Below, piece by piece: positions 36,919 through 47,059 of a DNA stretch of 64,000 bases (position 1 is its first letter; every line of letters begins with the position of its first letter). Below the pieces are notes generated by a model, which was not told where the DNA came from, ran no database searches, and worked only from the letters and a program-made list of their open reading frames with translations. Position numbers and translations under genes: made by a program. This stretch comes from Candidatus Omnitrophota bacterium (GTDB lineage Bacteria > Omnitrophota > Gorgyraeia > Zapsychrales > Fredricksoniimonadaceae): contig CAIUQE010000035.1 in the NCBI GenBank assembly GCA_903901225.1, forward strand, positions 9,249 through 73,248, in the 5' to 3' direction.

Positions 36919-37458
36919 ATGGCTAAATATTTTGACGAGCTTAAACGTACCATGGAATGGCTGGCGCAGCACCCGCAGGTGGTATTTGTGGGGCAGACCG
37001 CGGCGGTCCCTGGCACGTTCATGTACCAGACGCTGCGGGATATCCCGCCGGGGAAGGCCCTGGAGTTCCCGGTGGCCGAGAGCTTCCAGATGCAGTTCAC
37101 CCTGGGGTTGGCGATCGGGGGGTACATCCCGGTCAGCATTTATCCGCGGCAGAATTTCCTGCTGCTGGCCGCCGGCGACATGGCGAACATGGTCGACAAG
37201 TTCAGTGACCTGACCTGCGGCCGGGTGAACCCGCGCCTTATCATCCGCGTGGCCACGGGGCCGGATAAGCCGGTCCATCCCGGGCACCAGCATGTGGGCA
37301 ACTATGCCGGCGCGTTGCGCGCGATGTTCTCCCGTATCGAGGTTGTTGAACTGGATGAGCCGCAGGATATTTTTCCCGCGTATGAAAAGGCGTTGACGCG
37401 GCCGGACGCGAAGCCCGTGATCCTTATCGAGCACGGAAATCATTACCAGGACAAGTGA
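36919..37458 (+). CDS. Small TPP-dependent enzyme, E1-beta/transketolase pyrimidine-binding domain
   Basis: EFPVAESFQ, GLAIGG, HPGHQH, PVILIEH; lacks the C-terminal domain. Confidence 0.8.
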   Translation: MAKYFDELKRTMEWLAQHPQVVFVGQTAAVPGTFMYQTLRDIPPGKALEFPVAESFQMQFTLGLAIGGYIPVSIYPRQNFLLLAAGDMANMVDKFSDLTCGRVNPRLIIRVATGPDKPVHPGHQHVGNYAGALRAMFSRIEVVELDEPQDIFPAYEKALTRPDAKPVILIEHGNHYQDK

Positions 37459-37459
37459 C

Positions 37460-38407
37460 ATGCCAAAAAATACGATGAAGGTGCTGGTCACCGGCGGAGC
37501 CGGATATCTCGGATCCGTGCTTGTGCCATTGCTGCTTGAGAAAGGGCACGCGGTCACCGTACTGGACAATTTCATGTACGGCCAGACGCCGCTTTTGGAG
37601 TTGTGCCATCACGAACAACTGACGATCGTGCGGGGTGACGCGCGGGACAAGGCGACGGTCGAGCGGCTGATGCGCGATGCCGACGCCGTATTTCCCCTGG
37701 CGTGCCTGACGGGCGCGCCGTTGTGCGCGAAGGACCCCGCGGGGGCGCGCGCGGTCATCCTGGACGCGGTTGTGATGGCGCTGGCGCTGGCCTCAAAGGA
37801 GCAGCGGGTCATTTTTCCGACGACCAACAGCGGTTACGGCATCGGGGAACAGGGGAAATTCTGCACGGAGAGCACACCCCTGCGGCCCATATCCCTTTAC
37901 GGCAGGCTCAAGGTGGACGCGGAGAAAGCGGTGCTCGACAGCGGCCACGGCATCACCCTGCGCCTGGCCACGGCTTTCGGCGCGAGCCCGCGCATGCGCC
38001 TGGACCTTCTTGTGAACGATTTTACGTATCGCGCCGTTAATGACCGTTTCATTATCCTTTTTGAGGCGCATTTCAAGAGGAATTTCATCCACACGCGCGA
38101 CGTGGCCAGGGCGTTCCTTCACGCGCTCGACAATTTTGCCGCGATGCGCAATGAACCTTACAATGTCGGATTATCCGACGCGAACCTGAGCAAGCTTGAG
38201 CTGTGCCAGGAAATAAAAAAACAGGTGCCGGATTTTTATTTCGTCGAGGCGGCCGTGGGTGAAGACCCAGACAAGCGCGATTATATCGTTTCGAACGCGA
38301 AGATCGAACGCGCGGGGTTCAGGCCCGCGGTGTCCTTGTCCGACGGGATCAAAGAGCTTGTCAAGGCATACCAGGTCATCCGGCGCAACCAGTTCGCGAA
38401 TATCTGA
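37460..38407 (+). CDS. NAD-dependent nucleotide-sugar epimerase/dehydratase/reductase
   Basis: TGGAGYLG, YGRLK (YxxxK), LRLATAFG. Confidence 0.9.
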   Translation: MPKNTMKVLVTGGAGYLGSVLVPLLLEKGHAVTVLDNFMYGQTPLLELCHHEQLTIVRGDARDKATVERLMRDADAVFPLACLTGAPLCAKDPAGARAVILDAVVMALALASKEQRVIFPTTNSGYGIGEQGKFCTESTPLRPISLYGRLKVDAEKAVLDSGHGITLRLATAFGASPRMRLDLLVNDFTYRAVNDRFIILFEAHFKRNFIHTRDVARAFLHALDNFAAMRNEPYNVGLSDANLSKLELCQEIKKQVPDFYFVEAAVGEDPDKRDYIVSNAKIERAGFRPAVSLSDGIKELVKAYQVIRRNQFANI

Positions 38408-39645
38408 TGCTGACGGCCTTCATCAAGCCTAACGCGAAGATGGACCAGTACGGCAAGGTTGCCGGCCTTTCCGCGATCGAGCTGCCGGTGTGGCTTATGC
38501 TGTTCGCCCAGAGCGTGCCCGGGAGTGTCGTCGTGGACATGGAGGCCGAAGGGCTTGATCACGCCGGGCTGGTCGCGCGCCTGGGTTCTCTCAAGGCGGG
38601 CCGCGCGGTGGTCCTGGCCACAGGCTCGCATCCTTCGGCGCATGTCCAGCAGGCCGAAGCCGCGCAGGCCGTCCGTCGGGTGGTGGGCGAGGCTTTGGGC
38701 ATCACGACGGAGATCCATGACCGCCTGCCCTTTGACCCTTTAAAGGCCGGGCAGCTGGACCTTGCGCGTGTTCCGATGGTAAAGTACCGCGCGCATAACT
38801 GGCATGGGTGGGGGCGCGATGACCTGGCGTATGGCGCGACGTTCGCGAGCATTTCATGCCCTTTCCATTGTGATTTTTGTTGCGTGAAGGATTTTTACGG
38901 GTCAGGTTACCGTCAGAGGGATCCCGGTGCTGTTGTTGAGGATGTGCGCGCGCTTGTTGAGAATGGCGTGACGAACATCAAGATGATGGACGAGCTTTTT
39001 GCCATCGACAATCCCGGTGTCCATGCTGTTTGTGACGGCTTGGCGGCCAGCGGGCTGGCGGACAGGCTTAATATCTGGGCTTACGCCCGCATTGACACCG
39101 TGACACCGGTCCTTTTAAAGAAAATGCGCGCCGCCGGCATCCGTTGGCTCGCGTACGGGATCGAGTCAGGGAACGAGGCGATACGCGCTGGCGCGGCCAA
39201 GGGGGCATTCACGAACGCGCGCGTCCGTGACGTCGTGGCCATGACCAAAGCAGCCGGCATCCATGTTGTCGGGAATTTCATGTTCGGCTTCTGGGAGGAT
39301 GACAGCGTCACCATGCGCCAGACGCTGGATCTCGCGAAAGAACTGGCCTGCGAATACGCGAATTTTTATTGCGTGACGGCGTACCCGGGCAGCCGGTTCT
39401 ACGATGAGATGAAAGCCCGCGGGGTCGATCTTCCCGCGGCGGGCGCGGAATACGCGCAGATGAGCCCGCGTTTCAAGCCGGTGCCTTCGGCAAAGCTTTC
39501 GGGGCGGGACATCCTGGCGTTCAGGGACGCGGCATTCATGGAATATTTCACCGACGCGCAATATCTGGCCATGATGGCGCGTTCATTCGGGGACGGCACC
39601 GTGGCCGGTATTCGCGCCATGACAAAGATCAAGATCAGAGGATAA
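38407..39645 (+). CDS. Radical SAM enzyme, probable cobalamin-dependent class B methyltransferase-like
   Basis: CPFHCDFC, DELF, GIESG, FMFG, YPGS; N-terminal region resembles a degenerate B12-binding domain. Confidence 0.8.
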   Translation: MLTAFIKPNAKMDQYGKVAGLSAIELPVWLMLFAQSVPGSVVVDMEAEGLDHAGLVARLGSLKAGRAVVLATGSHPSAHVQQAEAAQAVRRVVGEALGITTEIHDRLPFDPLKAGQLDLARVPMVKYRAHNWHGWGRDDLAYGATFASISCPFHCDFCCVKDFYGSGYRQRDPGAVVEDVRALVENGVTNIKMMDELFAIDNPGVHAVCDGLAASGLADRLNIWAYARIDTVTPVLLKKMRAAGIRWLAYGIESGNEAIRAGAAKGAFTNARVRDVVAMTKAAGIHVVGNFMFGFWEDDSVTMRQTLDLAKELACEYANFYCVTAYPGSRFYDEMKARGVDLPAAGAEYAQMSPRFKPVPSAKLSGRDILAFRDAAFMEYFTDAQYLAMMARSFGDGTVAGIRAMTKIKIRG

Positions 39646-39661
39646 CAGGAGTGAACGTGTC

Positions 39662-40660
39662 ATGATCATCAGCCGCACGCCTTTTCGCATTTCTTTCTTT
39701 GGCGGTGGGACGGACTATCCCCAGTGGTTCAAGGACCATCCGGGGGCTGTCCTGTCCACCACCATCGACAAGTATTGTTATATTACCGCGCGTTACCTGC
39801 CGCCTTTCTTTGAGCATCGTTCGCGCATCATTTATTCCAAAATGGAACATGTCCATAATATCGACGAGATCGATCATCCCTCAGTGCGCGAGACGCTGAG
39901 GTTTCTGGATATTTCCCGCGGCCTTGAGATCCACCATGACGGCGACCTTCCCGCGCGCACGGGCCTTGGCTCCAGTTCGGCATTCACTGTCGGGCTTTTG
40001 AACGCGCTTTACGCCCTCAAGGGTGTGATGCCCACGAAGACCCGCCTCGCGGAAGAAGCCATCCATATTGAGCAGGACATGATCAAGGAGAGCGTGGGCT
40101 GCCAGGACCAGGTCGCGGCCGCTGAGGGCGGATTGAACCACATCGAGTTCGGAGGCCCCGGGCATCTGAACGTGAACAAGGTCACGATCTCGCGGGAGAA
40201 CCTTATCACCTTGCAGAACCATATGATGCTTTTCTTTACCGGGATATCCCGTATTTCGTCGGCGATCGCCGTGCACCAGGTCCAGAACATCCCGCGGCTC
40301 AGCCGTGAGCTGGGGACCATGCACGCGCATGTCGCTGAAGCGCTGGCACGCCTGAACGCGGCGGATTTTAAGGGGTTCGGCAAGCTCCTGCACGAAAGCT
40401 GGTTGTGCAAGCGCTCCCTTTCGGACAGGATCACGACTCCTCAGGTCGATGATGTGTACGCCAAAGCATTGCGGGCGGGCGCTCTGGGCGGCAAACTGCT
40501 GGGCGCGGGCGGGGGCGGGTTCGTGCTCATTTACGCGGAGCCCGACAGGAAGCCGGCGGTCCGCAAGGCGCTGGAAGGGTTGCTTGAGGTCCCGTTCAGG
40601 TTCGAGACGCTGGGCAGCCAGATCATTTTCTACCAACCTTATGACGGGGTCGTGGCATGA
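39662..40660 (+). CDS. hddA: D-glycero-alpha-D-manno-heptose-7-phosphate kinase (GHMP family)
   Basis: RISFFGGGTDY, GLGSSS, GCQDQ, GKLLGAGGGG. Confidence 0.85.
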   Translation: MIISRTPFRISFFGGGTDYPQWFKDHPGAVLSTTIDKYCYITARYLPPFFEHRSRIIYSKMEHVHNIDEIDHPSVRETLRFLDISRGLEIHHDGDLPARTGLGSSSAFTVGLLNALYALKGVMPTKTRLAEEAIHIEQDMIKESVGCQDQVAAAEGGLNHIEFGGPGHLNVNKVTISRENLITLQNHMMLFFTGISRISSAIAVHQVQNIPRLSRELGTMHAHVAEALARLNAADFKGFGKLLHESWLCKRSLSDRITTPQVDDVYAKALRAGALGGKLLGAGGGGFVLIYAEPDRKPAVRKALEGLLEVPFRFETLGSQIIFYQPYDGVVA

Positions 40661-41370
40661 GCGCTGATGTCGGGAAAACGGATTTCCTTATCCTTTGCGG
40701 CGGGCTCGGCACGCGGCTGCGCTCCGTTACGGGCGGTGTGCCCAAGGTCATGGCCGAGGTCCAGGGTGAGCCGTTCCTGGATTTTTTATTGCGTTATCTC
40801 ATCAAACAGGGTGCCACACGCGTGATCCTTTGCGCGGGTTACAAGGCGGAATCGATCGCGGCGCATTACAAGGCCAAATTCAGCCAGTTGGACCTCCAGT
40901 TGTCGGTGGAACGGGAACCTTTGGGCACGGGCGGCGCCCTGAAGAATGCCGCGCCCCTGTTGAAATATGATCATGTTTTCGGCCTTAACGGCGATTGTTT
41001 CACTCCCGTGGATTATGCCGCTTTTCTTGGCGCCCATCTGGATAAAAAGGCGCTGGCCACCCTGGTCGGTGTCCGTGTCGAGGGCAACAAGGATTTCGGC
41101 ACTATCGTGAGCAATGACAAAGGAGATATCCTCGCGTTCAAAGAAAAGTTTGAGACCCGGGACGTGCAGTATATCAGCGCGGGCATTTATTGTTTCAACC
41201 GGGGGCTGTTTGAACGCATGCCGCCGGGGAAATTTTCCATCGAGTATGACTTTTTCCCGGGGATGATCGCCAACCGGTTCTATTGCCACAAGGTTGAGGC
41301 GCCTTTCATTGACATAGGGACGCCGGAGCGTTTTGCCTGGGCCCAGGAAAATCTCATGGGGATGCTATGA
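40657..41370 (+). CDS. hddC: Heptose-1-phosphate guanylyltransferase-like nucleotidyltransferase
   Basis: LCGGLGTRLR, PK, EPLGTGGA, NGD, FIDIGTPE; adjacent to hddA. Confidence 0.75.
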   Translation: MSADVGKTDFLILCGGLGTRLRSVTGGVPKVMAEVQGEPFLDFLLRYLIKQGATRVILCAGYKAESIAAHYKAKFSQLDLQLSVEREPLGTGGALKNAAPLLKYDHVFGLNGDCFTPVDYAAFLGAHLDKKALATLVGVRVEGNKDFGTIVSNDKGDILAFKEKFETRDVQYISAGIYCFNRGLFERMPPGKFSIEYDFFPGMIANRFYCHKVEAPFIDIGTPERFAWAQENLMGML

Positions 41371-42533
41371 TCCCGCGCGGCGAGGAGCAGAAGAAAGCGG
41401 ATTACAGGGTGCCTTTCGGGACGGTTTCCATAACGCCCAAAGCGCGCCGGCTCATCGATGCGGCGCTGGAAAGCGGCTGGGTGACCAAGGGAAAATATGT
41501 TAAAGAGTTCGAAGAGAAGTTCGCCGCCCTTTTTGGCGTGAAGCACGCGGTCGCGGTCTCCAGCGGCACGGACGCGGACGCGTTGGCGTGCGCGGCGCTT
41601 TATGATCTGGGCGCGCGGCGGGGGGATGAGGTCATCGTCCCCGCGTTGTCATTCGTGGCCACCGGCAACGCGGTTTTTCAGGCGGGACTGACGCCGGTCT
41701 TTGTGGATGTACGGAGGGACACTCTCAATATTGACGTGACGAAGATCGAGGCGAAGATCACCGCCCGCACGCGCGCGATCATGCCCGTGCACCTGATGGG
41801 CAAGCCCGCGGACATGGACGCGGTCAATGCTATTGCCCGCAAGCACGGGTTGAAGGTCATCGAGGACGCGGCCGAGGCGCACGGGGCCGAGTACCGCGGC
41901 CGGAAAGCGGGGGCTATGGGTGACATGTCCTGTTTCAGCCTTTATGCCGCCCATATCATCACGACGATCGAGGGGGGGATGGTCCTGACGGATGACGCGG
42001 CCATCGCTGAGGCCTTGATGTCGCTGCGCAATCACGGGATGACGGGAAAATTTACGTTTGAGCGGATCGGTTTTTCAGCTAAAATGAACGAACTTGAAGC
42101 CGCGGTGGGGCTTGGCAACATGGAGATATTCGCGGACATCCTCTCCCGCCGCCGCAGGAATATGCTTTATCTCATCGAAAAGTTCAAGCGGTTCGACAAG
42201 GTATTCATCACGCTGCGGGAAGAACCTTTTGAGAAGCTTGGCCCGCACGCTTTTTCCATTATCGTGAAAGAGGGGGCGCCTTTTACCAGGGATGAATTCG
42301 TGGCTGGCCTGGAGGCGAACGGCGTGGATTCGAGGAACCTTTTTTATTCCATGCCGACGCAGTGCCCGGGTTACGCGTTCCTGGGTCACAGGCGCGGTGA
42401 TTTTCCCGAGGCTGAATATTGCAGTGACCACGGGACCCATATCGGGATCCATCAGGATATAGGGATCGAACAGCTCGACCATGTGGTCGGTGTCGTGGAA
42501 AAGTTCCTCAAGAGTAAAGGGGTGAATTATTAA
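41367..42533 (+). CDS. DegT/DnrJ-fold PLP enzyme with His in place of the catalytic Lys (ColD/RfbH-type dehydratase-like)
   Basis: SSGT, EDAAEAHG, CFSLYAAHIITTIEGG (His codon 41952-41954). Confidence 0.8.
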   Translation: MIPRGEEQKKADYRVPFGTVSITPKARRLIDAALESGWVTKGKYVKEFEEKFAALFGVKHAVAVSSGTDADALACAALYDLGARRGDEVIVPALSFVATGNAVFQAGLTPVFVDVRRDTLNIDVTKIEAKITARTRAIMPVHLMGKPADMDAVNAIARKHGLKVIEDAAEAHGAEYRGRKAGAMGDMSCFSLYAAHIITTIEGGMVLTDDAAIAEALMSLRNHGMTGKFTFERIGFSAKMNELEAAVGLGNMEIFADILSRRRRNMLYLIEKFKRFDKVFITLREEPFEKLGPHAFSIIVKEGAPFTRDEFVAGLEANGVDSRNLFYSMPTQCPGYAFLGHRRGDFPEAEYCSDHGTHIGIHQDIGIEQLDHVVGVVEKFLKSKGVNY

Positions 42534-42546
42534 AGAATATCTCCGG

Positions 42547-44325
42547 ATGATCCATTTGGCGCGCAGGAACCTGCATTATCTGGCGGGAGGCATCCTGTGC
42601 ATGATGGCGTCGACCCTTTTTGAAGGCGTGCAGTTCGGCGCGATCGTGCCGCTGGCGGACCGCATCTTCACCAACAAGCTCATCGTCCTGCCGACGGGCA
42701 TGCCGCCTTATGTGGCAGAGTGGGCGGCCAGGCTTAATGCGATCGACCGTAACCAGATCTTTTACGGCATCATTTTCATGATCCCGTTCTTTTTTCTTCT
42801 CAAGGGCATATTTTCTTACGCCCAGGGGTACTTCATGAACGAGGTCGGTCAGAAATCCGTATCCGACGTGAGGGCTGACCTTTTTCGCAAATACCAGGAA
42901 CTGTCCCTTGATTTTTACAGCCAGAAGCGCCAGGGAGAGCTCATGTCGCGCATCACCAATGACGCGGGGTTCATCGGTAACGCCATTTCCTACGGCATGA
43001 CGGACATGGTGTACCAGTCGTTTTTGGCGATCATGTTCGCCGTGATCGCCTTCGCGATCAGCTGGCAGATGGTCCTGATCGTCCTGCTTGTTTTCCCCAT
43101 CAACGGCTTTCTTATTTACGCGATCGGCAAGACCATCAAGAAGCAGTCCATTTATTCCCAGGAATCCATGGCGGACCTCAATTCGATCCTCGCGGAGACG
43201 AATCAGGGCGTTGCCATCGTCAAGGCGTTCTCCCGCGAGAACCACGAGATCGATCGTTTTGACGTGATCAACAAGCGCTATTACAAGGCGATCATCAAGG
43301 GGATCAGGCGCAACCTTCTCCTGGCCCCGGTGAGCGAATTGCTGGCATCGATCGCGGTTGTCATCGTGTTCTGGATCGGCGGCCGTTCTGTCCTCGAAGG
43401 CAAGATGTCCTTTGGCGTGTTCGCGCTTTTTCTGACATCGCTCATCAGCATCCTGCGGCCGATCAAGAAACTGACCGGCGTGTACGGCATCAACCAGCAG
43501 GCGCTGGCGTCCACCAAAAGGCTTTATGATATCCTTGACTGGAAGCCGCTCATTGTGGACGCGCCATCCGCGGTGGCATGCCTTCCGCCTGAAAAATACA
43601 TCCGTTTTCACGACGTGTCCTTTAAATACGAGAAAGCCGAAGAGCGCTGGATCATCAAGAATTTCTCCCACGATTTCGAGATCGGCAAGACCACGGCCCT
43701 GGTGGGCCCCACCGGCTGCGGGAAGACCACGATCATGAACATGATCCTGCGTTTTTATGACCCGGACAAGGGAGTTATTCTTTTTGACGATCAGGACATC
43801 AAGCAGGTGACGGTCAATTCATTGCGCAAGAACGTGGGGCTCGTGACGCAGGACATGATCCTGTTCAACGAGACCATTCGCGAGAACCTGCGTTACGGCA
43901 AGCTGGACGCGACGGACCAGGAGATCAATGACGCGGCGCGCCGCGCGCTGGCCTGGGAGTTCATCGAGCGGATGCCCAACGGCCTGGAGACGGTCATCGG
44001 TGACCGCGGGTTCAAGCTTTCCGGCGGGCAGAAACAGCGGCTGTGCATCGCCCGTGCCATCCTGAAGAATCCAAAGATACTGCTTCTGGACGAGGCGACC
44101 TCCGCGCTTGATTCGGAATCGGAATATTTTGTCCAGCAGGCGCTGGACAACCTGATGAAGGACCGCACGGTCGTCGTGATCGCCCACAGGCTTTCGACCA
44201 TACGCCATGCCTCGTGCATCCTGGTGATGGATCAGGGCCGCATCATCGAGAAAGGCATACACGACGATCTGATGACGTCTTCCGAGCTTTACGCGCGGCT
44301 GGCGAGTTATCATTTCAACCAGTGA
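42547..44325 (+). CDS. msbA: MsbA-like lipid A/LPS ABC exporter
   Basis: TM domain plus GPTGCGKT, LSGGQKQR, LDEATSALD, IAHRLST; LPS cluster context. Confidence 0.8.
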   Translation: MIHLARRNLHYLAGGILCMMASTLFEGVQFGAIVPLADRIFTNKLIVLPTGMPPYVAEWAARLNAIDRNQIFYGIIFMIPFFFLLKGIFSYAQGYFMNEVGQKSVSDVRADLFRKYQELSLDFYSQKRQGELMSRITNDAGFIGNAISYGMTDMVYQSFLAIMFAVIAFAISWQMVLIVLLVFPINGFLIYAIGKTIKKQSIYSQESMADLNSILAETNQGVAIVKAFSRENHEIDRFDVINKRYYKAIIKGIRRNLLLAPVSELLASIAVVIVFWIGGRSVLEGKMSFGVFALFLTSLISILRPIKKLTGVYGINQQALASTKRLYDILDWKPLIVDAPSAVACLPPEKYIRFHDVSFKYEKAEERWIIKNFSHDFEIGKTTALVGPTGCGKTTIMNMILRFYDPDKGVILFDDQDIKQVTVNSLRKNVGLVTQDMILFNETIRENLRYGKLDATDQEINDAARRALAWEFIERMPNGLETVIGDRGFKLSGGQKQRLCIARAILKNPKILLLDEATSALDSESEYFVQQALDNLMKDRTVVVIAHRLSTIRHASCILVMDQGRIIEKGIHDDLMTSSELYARLASYHFNQ

Positions 44326-44333
44326 CGGCCGCG

Positions 44334-45293
44334 ATGAAAAAGATCCTGGCCGTCAGAAACGACCGTTTCGGCGAGTTCCTGCTGAATATCCCGGCATTGC
44401 GGGCGATCAAGGAAACTTATCCCACGGCCGAATTGCATGTGATGGTCGCGCCCGCGGTCGTGGAATTGGCCCGGGCGGTTCCGTTCATTGACAAGATCCT
44501 CGAGCGGCCCTTCGGGCGCCGCGCTTGGGGTGAAGATATCGCGCTGGTCTGGCAGTTGCGGCGCGAACACTATGACGCCGCGATCGTCCTCAACCCGACG
44601 CGGGAAGCGCATCATATTGTTTTTTGGGCCGGTATCCCGTGCCGTATCGGTTACGCGCGCAAGCATCCCTTTTTGCTCAATCGCACCCTGCCCGATAAAA
44701 AACACCTGGGCCTGCGCCACGAGGTGGAGTATAACCTTGAACTCGTTGCCTTGATCGGCGCGGCGACGCAGGATCGTTCTTTGGAGCTGGCGATCCCGGC
44801 TGAGGTCCAAGCCGCGGTTGCCGCCAAATTCGGGATAACGCCCGGCAGTATTGCCGTCCATCCCTGGACGAGCGATCCCGTCAAGCAGTGGCCGCTGGAA
44901 AGGTTCACAGAGTTGGTACGGCGTCTGGCTGAAAAGGAAACCGGCAAGGTCATCATTATCGGTCGACCCGAGCCCTGGCAGATTAGTATTCCCTCCCCCC
45001 GGTGGGGAGGGGTAGGGGAGGGGGGTCGTAACATCCTCGACCTAAGCGGCCGCACAACCCTCCTCGAAACCGCCGCCATCCTGAAGCAATGCCGTTGCCT
45101 CGTGTCGTGCGACAGCGGCCCGGTCCATTTGGCCGCGGCCGTGGGCGCGCGCACCGTGGCGCTTTTTCGCAACGACATACCCGGGAAAAACCCCGAGCGC
45201 TGGGGGCCATGGGGCACGGGCGCGGGGCATGTTGTTGTTCAGGCTGCCGGCGTGGACCGGATCACGGTCGAGGATGTGGCGGGTAAGATTTGA
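44334..45293 (+). CDS. GT9 heptosyltransferase-like glycosyltransferase
   Basis: DRFGE, KQWP, DLSGRTTL, DSGPVHLAAA, PERWGP. Confidence 0.9.
   Translation: MKKILAVRNDRFGEFLLNIPALRAIKETYPTAELHVMVAPAVVELARAVPFIDKILERPFGRRAWGEDIALVWQLRREHYDAAIVLNPTREAHHIVFWAGIPCRIGYARKHPFLLNRTLPDKKHLGLRHEVEYNLELVALIGAATQDRSLELAIPAEVQAAVAAKFGITPGSIAVHPWTSDPVKQWPLERFTELVRRLAEKETGKVIIIGRPEPWQISIPSPRWGGVGEGGRNILDLSGRTTLLETAAILKQCRCLVSCDSGPVHLAAAVGARTVALFRNDIPGKNPERWGPWGTGAGHVVVQAAGVDRITVEDVAGKI
44990..45025. repeat. In-frame palindromic element within the GT9 gene
   Basis: CCCTCCCC-CCGGT-GGGGAGGG hairpin plus GTAGGGGAGGGGGG tail; encodes PSPRWGGVGEGG. Confidence 0.6.
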
Positions 45294-45345
45294 CGGGCCG
45301 CGGGTTACGACTTGGATGTCGGATAAATGCATGTTTGGAGGGGGC

Positions 45346-46200
45346 ATGGAAGATTTGAAACAGTGCGCTGTATGCCAAAGTAAGAGCCTTGCTGTTTTTG
45401 ATAAAACTGGCCATATTAAAATTTGCAAAGAATGCGGGTATAAATTTACAAGTCCGCGGATTGCGACGACGAAAGAAATTTCCGATATGGATCAGAAATA
45501 TGAGCGGGAATTTATAAAGGGTTTTGATCCTGCCCGGGCAGAGCATTTATATTTAAGGCGCGTGGGATTGGTCCGGAAATACCTTTCTCGCGGGGCGATC
45601 CTTGACGTCGGCGCTGGCCCGGGGACTTTTTTATATTTCCTGAAGGCGGCAGGCAACTACCAGTTGCATGGGACCGAAGTTTCACAAGCGTGTGTTGCCT
45701 GCGCAAAGAATGGTCTGGGTGTTTTGTTGGACCAGGGCATATTGGAAGCGATCAGGTATCCTGACGCGTCTTTCGACGGGGTGGTTTTGCTCCATGTGTT
45801 TGAGCATTTGCCGGACCCGGTAGTTACGTTGCGGGAAATTGCGCGGATCCTGAAACCCGGCGGGTTTGTTTTCATTGCTGTTCCGAATGATTCGCTTTTA
45901 GGGCGCAAGGGGTATTTAAGATACGCGCTTCAGAAGTTTGTCGGGATGAGGAAGAAACTGATGTATCCTGATTATGTGAAGGAAGGCAATTGGCACCTTT
46001 CGCATTTCACGCCATCTGTTTTACGCAAGACTTTGGAAGTGGCCGGGTTCTCCGTTAAAGAGGCGACGGTGGATGATGCCTGGGGGGATATTGTCAAGCC
46101 CTGGCATAAGCGGGGCCGACTTACGTTGGCATTGTTGATGAACAAGATATTCGGTTGTATTCTTTATGATGCTCAATTCTTTGTCGGACAGAAAATTTAA
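45346..46200 (+). CDS. Class I SAM methyltransferase with N-terminal zinc ribbon
   Basis: CAVC...CKEC, ILDVGAGPG, HVFEH, LKPGG. Confidence 0.88.
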   Translation: MEDLKQCAVCQSKSLAVFDKTGHIKICKECGYKFTSPRIATTKEISDMDQKYEREFIKGFDPARAEHLYLRRVGLVRKYLSRGAILDVGAGPGTFLYFLKAAGNYQLHGTEVSQACVACAKNGLGVLLDQGILEAIRYPDASFDGVVLLHVFEHLPDPVVTLREIARILKPGGFVFIAVPNDSLLGRKGYLRYALQKFVGMRKKLMYPDYVKEGNWHLSHFTPSVLRKTLEVAGFSVKEATVDDAWGDIVKPWHKRGRLTLALLMNKIFGCILYDAQFFVGQKI

Positions 46201-46270
46201 AGGCTCCGGCATGAAAAGACTCGACGTGAGTTGTTCAAGGGACAAAGTCAAGGGTTCCGTGCAGGGAGCG

Positions 46271-47050
46271 ATGCCAAAAATATCCGTTGTTATCATTACA
46301 AAGAATGAAGAACCGCGTATCAGGAAAGCGTTGGCGTCTGTGCGTTCATTCGCCGATGAAATTGTTGTTGTCGACGATATGTCCACGGACTGTACGCGTG
46401 AGATCGCGGCGCGGGAGTTCCAGGCTAAAGTTTTTCAGCGGCCGCTGGAAAAGGATTTTGCCGCCCAGCGTAATTTCGGCGCCCAACAGGCGTCATCCGC
46501 GTGGATTTTTCCCATGGATGCCGACGAGTTCATTTCCGATGCGGTGGGCGCCAGGATCAGGGAGGCGATCGGGGCCGCGGGTGACACGGCGGCCTTTGAG
46601 TTGCGGCGCCTGAATTATTTTGTCGGAAGTCCTATTCGCCACGCCGGCGCGTATGGTTATTACGTCAGGCTTTACCGGAAAGACTGCGTCGCTTACCATG
46701 GCCCCGTGCATGAACAACTTGAGGTCAGGGGAGTTGTTAGCCGTATCGACGGAGATATCTGTCATTATCCTTTTGAAACATTGGCACCATTCTTTGATAA
46801 GGCTGTCCGTTACGCCGAACAGGAGGCCGAGCTTTATTGCCAGGCGCGGCCCCATGTCAGCGCGAAAGAGATCCGTTACCATTTGACGTGGAGGCCTTTG
46901 AAAACATTCTGGAAGATCTATGTCAGAAAAAAAGGGTACAGGGACGGTTTGCCCGGGCTTGTCTGGTGTGTCGGCAATGTCATCGGCCCGCTGATCAAAT
47001 GGATGAAGATCTGGGAGAAGGCGGAGCGGTCCGGGTTGCTGGCGCCTTGA
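46271..47050 (+). CDS. GT2 glycosyltransferase (WaaE/KdtX-like)
   Basis: ISVVIITKNEE, DDMSTD, QRN, DADE, VHE. Confidence 0.9.
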   Translation: MPKISVVIITKNEEPRIRKALASVRSFADEIVVVDDMSTDCTREIAAREFQAKVFQRPLEKDFAAQRNFGAQQASSAWIFPMDADEFISDAVGARIREAIGAAGDTAAFELRRLNYFVGSPIRHAGAYGYYVRLYRKDCVAYHGPVHEQLEVRGVVSRIDGDICHYPFETLAPFFDKAVRYAEQEAELYCQARPHVSAKEIRYHLTWRPLKTFWKIYVRKKGYRDGLPGLVWCVGNVIGPLIKWMKIWEKAERSGLLAP

Positions 47051-47059
47051 AAGGAAACA

